This document shows, in pieces, positions 1 through 29,388 of a DNA stretch of 64,000 nt. The notes beneath the pieces were generated by a model, which was not told where the DNA came from, ran no database searches, and saw nothing but the letters and a program-made list of their open reading frames with translations. This stretch comes from Octopus vulgaris. Its lineage: Eukaryota. The stretch spans positions 64,728,001 to 64,792,000 of the forward strand of contig OX597831.1 in assembly GCA_951406725.2 (NCBI GenBank), in the 5' to 3' direction. Every line of letters starts with the position of its first letter. The stretch's first letter is position 1. The position numbers and the translations under genes are program-made.

Positions 1-59
1 TTCTTTACTTAATCTTACACGGTATGTAACACCTTTGTAGTATTCTTAAAGAAATATTG

Positions 60-437
60 GGATATTTTCGGTTTGAACAGCAGTTTTTTTCTAGTGGTGT
101 CATATGAAATTGTCACCCATAATTATGACCCTAGTATCAATCTATTGCATTTCAATCTGTTTTAGAGTTGGGGGGAAGGGTATCTTTTTTTCTTTAGAAA
201 TGTAAATAAACCCAATCTGTTTTTCAAACGAGGGACATAATGTTGTTTACCTCAATGGACGTCAGCAGTTGGTTGAAATTGCGGAAATTGAAACAACAAA
301 TATCTTACAAACTATAGAATTTTCTCAATAAAGCCAAGAGAAAAAGATGTTTTATAAACACATTCTACCAGTATACAAAGTTTATTTAAACATTTTTAGT
401 TACCTAGAAATTATGTTAAAAACTGCCGAAAAGATCC
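60..437. mobile_element. MITE family A copy (GG..CC termini, ~28-bp TIR)
   Basis: TIR consensus GGATCTTTTCGGTTTGAACGGCAGTTTT; 9-bp TSD gaaatattg. Confidence 0.85.
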
Positions 438-490
438 GAAATATTGTATGAATGTTTAGACTACTACTAAGTAATTTTTTTTCTTTTCAG

Positions 491-614
491 ACTTCTCACT
501 ATGAGTTGGGGCCTTCCTGGTCCAACAACAGAAGTGTGGCAACGTGCCAAAGTTCTAGAAACCTCACGCAGAGAACGAGTACAACAGCAAACCCCTACAC
601 CTCAACCTCATTAG
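491..614 (+). CDS. Probable terminal coding exon of an unidentified gene convergent with ILF2
   Basis: Strong acceptor (T-rich tract, ttttcag|). The phase-2 frame gives LLTMSWGLPGPTTEVWQRAKVLETSRRERVQQQTPTPQPH*, followed by AATAAA at 625-630. Reading frame is ambiguous because the phase-0 frame is also open. Confidence 0.5.
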
Positions 615-1364
615 AAATATTCTTAATAAACACATTTTTGCAATCTATTGTTGAGCTGTTTATATTTAATTACTTAAAACAAGGGTAGAATCTAAAAGAA
701 GAAAAAAAAAAAACCCAACAAACAACCTGGATAAAATGAACTAATGTTTATTTTGAAATGAATAAAATGATGGTGGAATACTGATGAGTTTCTCAACTGC
801 TAACTAGTTTAACACCAAAATGTCTGCAAAAAAGAGAAAAATAAATCAGCATCTGTCAAATAATAAAATGCGACTGAAAAAGTAATTATTTACATGTGAC
901 AGGTATATTAAACAAAAGGAAACTTTCACCACCTCTTGGAAAAAACAAAACTAAATTATACATAAGCAGTCTCAGAATGTCTTCTGGTGTTAGAAAGAAA
1001 CTGGGTTTCTCTTTAACCCTTTCGTTACTGTATTTATTTTGAGATGCTCTGCGTTTCTTTCAATTACTCTAAATATAACAAGGAATTTAATAAAATAACT
1101 TAGTTATCATTCAGCTAGTGTTAGGAACATAAATTGTGAATAAAGTTTGCTGGAAGATTTTTTAATTCAAAACTATAAGTCGATTACATCGACCCCAGTG
1201 CATAACTGGTACTTAATTTATCGACCCCGAAAGGATGAAACGCAAAGTCGACCTCGGCGGAATTTGAACTCGCAACGTAACGGCAGACGAAATACCGGTA
1301 GGCATTTCGCCCGGCGTGCTAACGCTTCTGCCAGCTCGCTACTCTAAGAAGTTATTTACCTGAG

Positions 1365-19369
<18,005 letters not shown>

Positions 19370-19394
19370 TTTGTTCAGAGGAGAATTCTCAAAT

Positions 19395-19445
19395 CAAAGA
19401 ATTAAGCAGACCAACGAAGATGGCGCTCACGGCAGACTTCCTGTT
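19395..19445 (-). promoter_or_regulatory. ILF2 core promoter / 5' UTR region with ETS (GGAAGT) and YY1 (CGCCATCTT) motifs
   Basis: Minus strand reads ggaagtctgccgtgagcgccatcttcg about 50-75 nt upstream of the ATG. An E2F-type TTTCCCGCG lies at 19932-19940. Confidence 0.55.
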
Positions 19446-19581
19446 AGCCGACTGATGAGAAAGAGGCTAGGTTAGCATGTCAGTATCAATGACATGTTTA
19501 TATGGGGTTTTTTTTTTTCCCCCCTCTTCGTTCGAAATTTTGTAACTGTGAAATTGCTTTCGAAGGTGAAGATGAAGTTTG

Positions 19582-19859
19582 GGCACTACTCGAGAACAGT
19601 GGTCCCGGTGCGCGCACTCGCGTAGTCGCGCATCCGCGCTAGCTAGTCGTGACTAGTCGATCCTACAACGACTACCTAGCAAAGTAAATAAAACACAAAA
19701 TAAATAATTTTTTTTACACAAAGTAAATAATTTTTGTTAAACAAAATAAATAAAACACAAAAACACGAAGTAAATCATTTTTTAAACAGTAAATAACACA
19801 CAAAGTAAGGATCGACTAGTCATGACTAGCTAGCGCGAACACTGTTCTCAAGTAGTACC
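19582..19859. mobile_element. MITE with bipartite TIRs (Merlin/MULE-like) upstream of ILF2
   Basis: Outer TIR ggcactactcgagaacagtg / cactgttctcaagtagtacc, inner ~30-bp inverted repeat, near-perfect 8-bp TSD gaagtttg/taagtttg. Confidence 0.7.
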
Positions 19860-20261
19860 TAAGTTTGTAGGTGTCAATTAGACGAGATGAGATATTTTGA
19901 AATGCTAATAGACTAATTTGTAAATAAAGACTTTCCCGCGATTATGTCTGACGTGTTTCTACTTTTCTAAAACTTGCTCTCTTACTTTTGTCTCTTTTTA
20001 AAGTATAATTAATTTCACTGTCGGTTGGTATCAGATGGAAGGAGTGAGGTGCTTTTCTTACAATCATATGCAATTCGATTTATTAAAGGAATTGTAAAAT
20101 TAGTTAGGAAATATAAAAAGAAAATATAAATGTATAATTCATTTTTATTTCAAGTACTGTATAACAAGGATGGGTACTCTGTCTTTTCGATGAAACTTGA
20201 TAACTGAGAAAAGAGTAACAGTTGATTGTTCTTTGTAGAACATTTTAAACCATATTCCGGA

Positions 20262-21822
20262 TAGAGGTAGGGGTCCACCAAGGTTCAGTCTTCAGCCCCC
20301 TACTATTTATCATAGTCCTCTAGGCAATAACAGAGGAATTCAAGACGGGATGTTCCTCTATGCTGATGCCCTTTCTCTAATTGCTGAGTCACTATCAGAA
20401 CTAGAGACGTTTCAGGTGTAGAAACAAGGATTAGAATTGAAGGGCCTTAGAGTCAACCGAGCTAAAACCAAAGTCCTAATAAGTAGGAAGGCAGACAAAC
20501 CACAAATCCCTTCAGGTAGATGGCCCTGCTCGGTCTGTAGAAAAGGCATAGGTAGAAACTCTATAAGATGTACCCAGTGTAAGCTATGGACACATAAGAG
20601 GTGCAGAACTATCAAAGGAAGATTAACTGGGAAGACAGTTTTTGTATGTGGCAGATGCTCAGGAGCAATAAACACTGAAAATGTGCAGAGAACAACTTCT
20701 GCCACATTCCAGGGAGAAAAACTAGAAGTAGTTGATAGCTTCTGTTACCTAGGGGACCAAGTCAGTAGCAGGGAAGGGTGCACTGAAAGTGAAGCTGCTA
20801 GAATAAGCATAGCCTGGGCAAAGTTCAGAGAGCTGGTGAAAAAGGGCCTCTCATTCAGAGTAAAAGGTAGACTGTATGACGAATGTGTACGAACAGCCAT
20901 GCTACATGGCAGTGAAACATGGGCTGTGACTGCTGAGGACATGCATAAGCTCACAAGGAATGAAGCCAGTGTGCTCCGATGGATGTGTAATGTCAGTGTG
21001 CATACTCGAGAGAAAAGTCGAACCTAAGAAGCATCAGATGTGGGTTGCAAGAGAGACAACTGTGCTGGTATGGTCATGTGGCGAGAATGGATGAGAATAG
21101 CTGTGTGAAAAAGTGCCACACTCTAGTGGTTGAGGGAACCTGTGGAAGAGGTAGACCAAGGAAGACCTGGGATGAGGTGGTGAAGCACGACCTTCGAACA
21201 TTAGGCCTCACCGAGGCAATGACTAGTGTCCGAGACCATTGGAAATATGCTGTGCATGAGAAGACCCAGGAAGCCAAGTGAGATAATAACCCATGGCCTA
21301 TGCCAGGGGTGTAACCAGCCCACTTATGCGAACCTTTCTTTCATTGGACACTAAACTCTGCAAGTGAAATTGAAATCAAATTCAATGACTGGCACCTGTG
21401 CCAGTGGAGCGCTAAGAGCACCATCTGAGCATGATCGTTGCCAGAGCAGCTGACTGGCTTCCGTGCTGGTGGCATGTAAAAAGCACCATTTGACCGTGTG
21501 ATTGCGACCAGCGTCGTCTTACTGGCACTTGTACTGGTGGCACATGAAAAATCATTTGAGTGAGGTTGTTGCTAGTGCCGCTGGACTGGCTCCTATGCAG
21601 GTGGCACGTAAAAAACACCATTTCAGCATGGTCGTTGCCAGTACCTCATGCTGGTAGCACGTAAAAGCATCCACTATACTCTCAGAGTGGTTGGCGTTAG
21701 GAAGGGCATCCAGCTGTAGAAACTCTGCCAGATCAGATTGGAGTCTGGTTCGCCAGTCCTCAGTCAAATCATCCAACCCATGCTAGCATAGAAAGCAGAC
21801 GTTAAATGATAATGATGATGAT
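20262..21822 (+). mobile_element. 5'-truncated RTE-clade LINE
   Basis: Reverse transcriptase remnant, GLRVNRAKTK, Cys-rich insert, YLGD, MLHGSETW, GRGRPRKTW; 3' UTR ends in (GAT)n. Confidence 0.9.
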
Positions 21823-22237
21823 TTGAGTGGTATTCTGGATAGTATATGAACAAATCATGGTAGAGTCAAATGTATGAATACACAAAAAGAGAAAAGGAAA
21901 ATAACATAATATACTTTTCCAAAATAATTACTGACGTATTTGAAGAAGTAAAATACACAGCTCTAGAGAAGGAATGCTATCAATGGTAAAAGGATTCTTT
22001 CTATTAAATGATCAATTCATGCTGAGATCTTCATGTGGATAAGATTTTCTTGATTTTGAGCATGGTTCTGAAAATGTATCAAAAGTTAATTGCTCTTACA
22101 TAACCTTGCTGAATATACACAATACTAGATCTCTTATTTGGCTTCCAGAAATCTGGAATTTTCAAAATCAGAACCTACCTATTTAAAGAAGAAAAATACA
22201 TTTGATCTGGAGAAGGAAAGGTATCAATGAAAAATGG

Positions 22238-23745
22238 GTTCATCATCATTTAACGTCTGTTTCCCATGCTGGCATGGGTTGGACGGTTTGATAGGAGCCG
22301 GCCAGCTGCCCAGGCTCCAGTTGTCTGTTTTGGCATGGTTTCTACAACTGGATGCCTTTCCTAATGCCAACCACTTTCCAGAGTCTAATGAGTGCATTTA
22401 TGCAGCACCGGTACGGGTGCTTTTACATGGCATTGGTACACCCATGAGCCTGCAAGATTCAGGATGCTGAGCAGGAGACATGTCTGTATGAAAGGATTTT
22501 ACTTTGCTTGATGTGTCTTCTCAAGAATAGCAAACTGCCAGGTGTTGGTCCCTTGCCATCCCCTCTGTGAGGCCCAATGTCTGAAAATCCTTTCTCACCA
22601 CTTTGTCCCATGTCTTCCCTTTCTACATGTTCCCTCCATAATTAGAAATTGGCACCTTTTGATGCAATTGTCTTGCTGGTACATGACTGTACCAGCACAG
22701 TCTTCTCTCTTGCACTAAACTCTGTTGTATATGCACACTGACATTACCCATCCAGCAGAGCATTCTTGCTTCATTTCTTTCAAGCATTTGCATATTCTCA
22801 GCTGTCTCAGCCCATGTCTCACTGCCATGTAGCATAGTTGTTTGTGCACAGGTATCATACAATCTGTCTTTCACTCTGAAGGAGAAGCCTTTTGTTATTA
22901 ACAGAGGTAGTAGCTCTCAGGACCTTGCCCAGCCTATTCTTATTCTAGTAGCTATAATTTCAGAACAACCTCCACCACTACCACCTTGGTCACCTAAGTA
23001 ACGGAAACTGTCAACTACTTCTGAAGATCCCCACTGATATATGAGGGAGTCTATTTTTTGTACATTCCTGATGTTTAATGTACCTGCATATCTGCCACAT
23101 GTAAAGACTACTTTCTCTGTTAGTCTTCCAGTGACCCACTGCATCTCTTATACGTCCATAGTTTGCACACAAGGTACACTGTATGGAGTTTCTCCTGACT
23201 CTCTCTCTCTCTATTCGCTCAGTCAAAGTCAACTCTCGGTCACTCGTTGGATCAGTGTCCTCCAGCCAGTTCTATCCTGGGCCGCTTCTTTCAGATTGGC
23301 TATGTCCATTCCGGTATCACTCTTGATGGTATCAAGCCAGCGGGTTCTTGGTTGGCCTCTTCCTCTCTTGCCACTGACCATTCCGAGCATGATGTCCTTC
23401 TCCAGGGATTTTCTCCGCATAATATGACCGAAATATGCCAATCTCCTGACACCTTTTCTATATATCAAGCAGGGCCATCTCCCTGAAGGAATCTGTGAAT
23501 TGTCTGTTTTCCTACCTGTCAATACTTTGGTCTTTGCTAAATGAACCCTACGACCTTGCTTCCATATCTCTTCTCTAGTTCAGGAAATGATTCAGCATTT
23601 AGAACATTGATGCAAAGGAGATTCCAAGAGCAGCAAGTCTTCAGTTCCTCTGTTATAGCTTGGAGGGTGGGGGGCTTGATTATCATAGTCCTCCAAGAGG
23701 AATTTAAGACTGGCTTCCATTGGGAGTTTCTCTACACCAATGTTT
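22238..23745 (-). mobile_element. Degenerate RTE-clade LINE fragment
   Basis: MLHGSETW, FRYLGD and IPSGRWPC on the minus strand; (CAT)n tail at 22240. Confidence 0.85.
23200..23441 (-). mobile_element. BovB-like RTE 3' fragment nested in the RTE above
   Basis: LAYFGHIMRRKSLEKDIMLGMVSGKRGRGQPRTRWLD..W; (AG)n tail; 9-bp TSD tctcctgac at 23191-23199 and 23442-23450. Confidence 0.8.
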
Positions 23746-23840
23746 GGTTAAAGCTGAGGTCTTCAGGTAGATACGGTTTTCACGATTTAGAGAGCAGTTT
23801 TGAAAATATTGCAAAAATTAATAGTTCTAATACATCCTTG

Positions 23841-24253
23841 GGATCTTTTCAGTTTGAACAGCAGTTTTTAACATAATTTCTAGGTAACTAAAAATTTTAA
23901 ACTTCGTATTCTGTTAGAGTGTGTTTATAAAACATCTTTGCCTCTTGGCTTTATTGAGAAAATTCTATAGTTTGTAAGATATTTGTTGTTTTTTTTCTTC
24001 AATTTCTGCAATTTCAACCAATCAGTGACGTCTATTGAGTTAAAAAACATTCTGTACTGTATGAATATGTCCCTCGTTTAAGAAACACATTGGATTTATT
24101 TACATTTGTGAAGAAAAAAAGATACCCTTTCCCCACCCCTAACCCTAACCCTAAAAGAGATTGAAATGCAATAGATCGATTCTAGGGTCATAATTATGGG
24201 TGACAATTTCATGACACCGCTAGGAAAAACTGCCATTCAAACCGAAAAGATCC
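23841..24253. mobile_element. MITE family A copy
   Basis: Both TIRs; 8-bp TSD catccttg. Confidence 0.88.
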
Positions 24254-24465
24254 CATCCTTGTTGAATACACATACACACAGCAGCAGATCTTGTATTAAT
24301 TTGCATATGGTATGTATAAAATAGTTTTGTTCTTTATATTTTTAAGTGAATTCATTAAAATTGAATATATTCTGTTTTAGAATTCAATTAATTTGTACCT
24401 CTGTCTCTTAAATAAAATGTTCTGCACATTTTCTTTGTTTAATTTTCATCCTGTAAACAGTATAC

Positions 24466-25052
24466 TATTTACTCTTTACTTGTTTCAGTCATTTTGACTG
24501 TGGCCATGCTGGAGCACTGCCTTTAGTGAAGCAAATTGACCCCAGGAGTTATTCTTTGGAAGCCTAGTACTTATTCTATCGGTCTCTTTTGCCGAACTGC
24601 TAGATTACGGGGACGTAAACACGCCAGCATTGGTTGTCAAGCGATGTTGGGGGGGGGGCAAACACAGACACACAAACACATACACACACACATACACACA
24701 CACACATATATATATATAAAGTTAATCCAAACATGAAAGCACAAAAAAACACAACAACGCGAGGACGTGGAACAAATATAGTATTATTGGACGCTCAGGA
24801 AAGAAGGAGGGTTTAATGTTTCGAGTGGAGCTCTTCGTCGGAAACATAGGAGAAGGAAAGATCCAGAGAAGGGAAGACAGAGGAAAAATATCGCCAACGG
24901 TACACACGCGGTCATACATACATACATATATACGACAGGCTTCTTTCAGTTTCCATCTACCAAATCCGCTCACAAGGCTTTGGTCAGCCCGAGGCTATAG
25001 AAGACACTTGCCTAAGGTGCCACGCAGTGGGACTGAACCTGGACCATGTGGT
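24466..25052 (-). mobile_element. SINE family 1 copy with a ~200-bp insertion in its microsatellite
   Basis: Reverse complement of family 1, interrupted at ~24718-24913. Confidence 0.8.
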
Positions 25053-25519
25053 TGGTAAGCAAGCTACTTACCACACAGCCACTCCTACGCCTATGATATA
25101 TTTTAAGAATTCTAAGTGGATTGATAAATATCAAACAGACTCTGCTTTACAAGTGTATGAATTTGAATCTATTAAATACAATTTAGCTTTTTTTATCTGT
25201 TTCTGTCATTTGACTGTGGTCATGCTGGGGTACAGCCTTGAACAACAAATTGACCCCTGGTCTTTTTAAAAATCAAGTACTTATTCTATTGGTGTGTTTT
25301 GCCAAACTGCTTTTAGTAGTTATGGAAGCATAAACACACCAACACCTTTTTAATAGTCTTGACTCTGTCCGTTATTTACATCGGCAGTGTAAATAATGGA
25401 CAGAGTCAAGACTATTGAAATGGTTGCAAGACGCAACGAAAATTTTAGGAAAATAAAAATAAGAAATAAGTGGGAATTTTACCAGTGAGTGTGTTAAATT
25501 ATAAGGCACAAAAAGAAAA

Positions 25520-26450
25520 TGACTCTCCCGATGGGAGGTATAATGATGATCTTGGGGCAAACCTGAGCGCCGACGAGGAATACCTGACCCGCCTGTTCAA
25601 GACAACTTTCAGGCTGGGACCTATAGACAACTGCCAGAGATCCGTGGCCTGGCAGTGCTATCGAGAAGCGCTACCTGTTTGGGATAAGCTCTACAGGCAT
25701 GGCTTGAGAAACATGGGGCTGACCTGTCTGAGATGCAGTCAGAGTGACGAAACCGTCCTGCAAGCACTCGTACAGTGTCCAACCACTTCTGACCTGTGGG
25801 CCTATGTCGAATGGCTGCTATTGCGTGTGGGACGAGTTGGTTTATCAACTGAGTCTATCATGAATATTGTCGCGTCTCCTTCCTTGAAACGGGAAGGAAT
25901 TTCCATTTTCATCATACTTTTGGCTATGGCGAAAGAATGTGTATGGTCGATGCGTCCGAAAGGTCTAGAGACAAACACTTTCCTCTCTGGTCAATCTCTC
26001 GTCAACTCCTTCAAGTATCACTTGAAGAAGAAGGGGAGGATAGAGAGGGAAGTTTTGTCTAGTGAATGTTTCAAAAAAAGATGGGTGAATGTAGCAAGGC
26101 TGGCACGTGTGAATAACGGAGCCAGCTTGAGCATAATCCTATGAACCAAAAAAAAGAAAGGAAAAAAGAGAGCCACTTACTGTAATGTGTTTTTTGCATG
26201 ACACTTGCCCAAGGTTCCCGTGGTCTTTTCCATTGGCTTTTCTTTCCATGGATAAACCTAATCTGTTTTCCTTTTTTACATTGACATTTCTGTGATACAC
26301 GATCCCTATTGAATGGCCCCTTTTTTTTCCACAATCCCTTTTGATCGGAATTCGACCCACTTTTTTTTTTCTTCTTCCCAAAAAGAAAAGCTCTACTTTA
26401 TATTTTGTCCCCTCTTTGTTCAGCCCTGTGTGGCCAATAAAGAAACACAC
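25520..26450 (+). mobile_element. 3' end of an L1/Tx1-type LINE
   Basis: ORF 25470-26144 has the post-RT zinc knuckle remnant (W..YREALPV..KL, CLRC..SDETVLQALVQC..W); pyrimidine-rich 3' UTR; AATAAA. Confidence 0.75.
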
Positions 26451-26715
26451 ACACACATATAGTCACAATGAGGATATTTAAACCTCTTATAGGGATTTTA
26501 TCCAAGATACACTGGTTTAATATATAATATTTTGAAGAGATATTTCTTCAATGAATATATCATATAAAATATTTTAAAATATCAAACATTATTATCAAGT
26601 TAGAAAACAGAGAGATCTAATGGATACTAATTAATTTATTAATTAATTAATATATTCACCTACAACTGTTTCATTTCACTAACAAAATTAAAATTACAAA
26701 ACATATATAGATATA

Positions 26716-27137
26716 GGATCTTTTCGGTTTGAACTGCAGTTTTTAAAATAATTTCCACGTAACTAAACACTTTTAAACTTTGTATACTGGTAGAATGTGA
26801 TTACAAAACATCTTTTTCTCTTGGCTTTATTGAGAAAATTCTATAGTTTATAAGATATTTCTTGTTTTTTTTTCTTCAATTTCTGCAATTTCAACCGATC
26901 ACTGACGTCTATTGAGGTGAAAACATTCTGTGCCGTATGAATATGTCCCTCGTTTAAGAAACAGATTGGGTTTATTTATATTTGTGAAGAAAAGAAGATA
27001 CTCTCCTCCCTAATCCTAACTAACCCTAACCCTAAAACAGATTGAAATGCAATAGATCGATACTAGGGTCATAATTATGGGTGACAATTTCATATGACAC
27101 CGCTATAAAAAAACTGTCATTCAAACCGAAAAGATCC
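26716..27137. mobile_element. MITE family A copy, ~200 bp upstream of the SRP19 ATG
   Basis: Both TIRs; TSD degenerate. Confidence 0.85.
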
Positions 27138-27341
27138 TAGTTTCGTTATATTCATATATTTAGTTTGTCAATTGCATTTATAAAAAGCAAACCAAACATA
27201 AAAAAAAATTGATCTCATGGTCAGCTGTTATTTTGACCAAAGATCAAAGACTTCTTGGAGAGCAGACAGGCTGGGTGGATTGGCAGGTGAGGGAGTTATT
27301 TCAAGGGAGGTAATTCAACTTCAAACCTCTTCACAAAAAAC

Positions 27342-27433
27342 ATGGCGTCTGCAGCTTCCATCTCTGCTGCATCGCGATCCGTTTCTTCGACTCGTCCGTG
27401 GAACCCAAATTTTGCTCACTCCGATAGAGAAAG
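27342..27433 (+). CDS. SRP19: SRP19 exon 1
   Basis: aaaacATGGCG start; MASAASISAASRSVSSTRPWNPNFAHSDRE; donor AG|gtatat; phase matches exon 2. Confidence 0.88.
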
Positions 27434-27814
27434 GTATATCTGTTACACAACATTTAATTTCGAATACACAATTTCTATTAGATGCCTTGCTAGATTTATA
27501 TTCGTGACATACGACGTTCACATATGTTTATCTACTCCCAGACACTGAAACTTACATTTTTATATATTTTTTTTCTGGGGGACGAACTTAATTAAAAAGT
27601 CACTTCTTAGGCCTTACTAATTATATTACTTCAAATTTTATGCATCCTTTCTACTCTTTATTCTTAATGTTTCAATTTTTAATACCTCATTTATTTCAGA
27701 ATTATAATAGTGATATATATGATCACGCGTACAAATGAAGGGGATAAAAAATAACTTAATTCGGGTACTGAAGAAGTACCCTTAATTCCTCAGTGGTCTT
27801 TCGAGGAGTAGCGG

Positions 27815-27863
<49 letters not shown>

Positions 27864-29338
27864 ATAAGAAAATGGAGGAACAAATTAATTTCAATCATCA
27901 ACTTACAGATATTACCATTTCATATATTTATAAATGAATTAATTGCATTGCAATTATAAGCATTTATGTATTTGACATTTGGGTGCTTCACCAGCAGTAT
28001 ATTGGATAACTGATATCCCATAGTGGGTTACCCTTATAACCCGTATCTCACTTTGTACTATATATATATATATATATATATACATACATAAGATATATAT
28101 AGGGTGGCGAATATTCGTTATAAATATCACTACTAGTGGTCTAACATGTATAAATAGTCAATAGACAACATATTCATATTTTAAAAAAGTGTACATTTAA
28201 ACACAATAGAAAACTACCTTTTAACAGGTAATTTTACACGCTAGAAATAGCAGCCAACACGGCCAAACACGAAAATTGCTATTAAATCGTGGTTTTGGCC
28301 TTGTTGGCTGCTATTTCTAGCATGTATAATTACCTGTTAAAAGTTAGTTTCTCTTGTGTTTAAATGTACACTTGCTTAAAATATGTATATATATATATAT
28401 ATAAACTGTCTCTATCATCTGTTTTCTTCATTAACATATTTCGGATTAGCAGTTGTTTTCTAAGAATGACACGTGTGAGGGATTTATATCAACAGTTGCA
28501 TCGTTTTAAAGGTTTTGTTTGTAGATTGGAATCAGTACAAAATGGTGTTTCATTCCCACCTAAACAAAAACGATTTATTTGCATTGATTCAGGGAGATTG
28601 AAAATGCTATCACAAAAATAAACTGTAGGAAAACGGAGAAAAAAAAAACTGAGGAAAATCAGTAAATAACTACGCAAAATAGACACACTCCCTCAATCAT
28701 ACATTGGGATCTTTTCGGTTTGAACGGCAGTTTTTTCTAACGGTGTCATATGAAATTGTCACCCATAATTATGACCCTAGAATCGATCTATTGCATTTCA
28801 ATCCGTTTTAGGGTTAGGGGTGGGGTGTGGGGGGAGGGTATCTTTTTTTTTTCTTCACAAATGTAAATAAACCCAATCTGTTTCTTAAACGAGGGACATA
28901 TTCATACGGCACAGAATGTTTTTTTTACCTCAAGTGTTCATTATTGCAAGTGGTTGGTCATTTGTTTCACAAAACTCCAGGAACCCTGATCCCATTCATT
29001 CACTGTACTACACCATGTACACCAGAGAAGCCACCATAAAGCTATCTGAGATGTCCATTAAAATTGCCAGTTGTAATGATTTGGTTACTAACATTTATTA
29101 TCAAGATAGTCTCCATTAGGGTCTTATTGAAGTTGTTCTCTTTATCCTCCAGTCATCTCCACATATGATTCTTATAGGCGCAGGAGTGGCTGTGTGGTAA
29201 GTAGCTTGCTAACCAACCAAATGGTTCCAGGTTCAGTCCCACTGCGTGGCATCTTGGGCAAGTGTCTTTTGCTATAGCCCCGGGCCGACCAATGCCTTGT
29301 GAGTGGATTTGGTAGATGGAAACTGAAAGAAGCCTGTC

Positions 29339-29388
<50 letters not shown>

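Noticed and set aside
27760-27815. CTGAAGA/CTGAGGA plus hairpin as a hammerhead
   Set aside because: The GAAA box is not positioned after the stem; this is only a simple hairpin.
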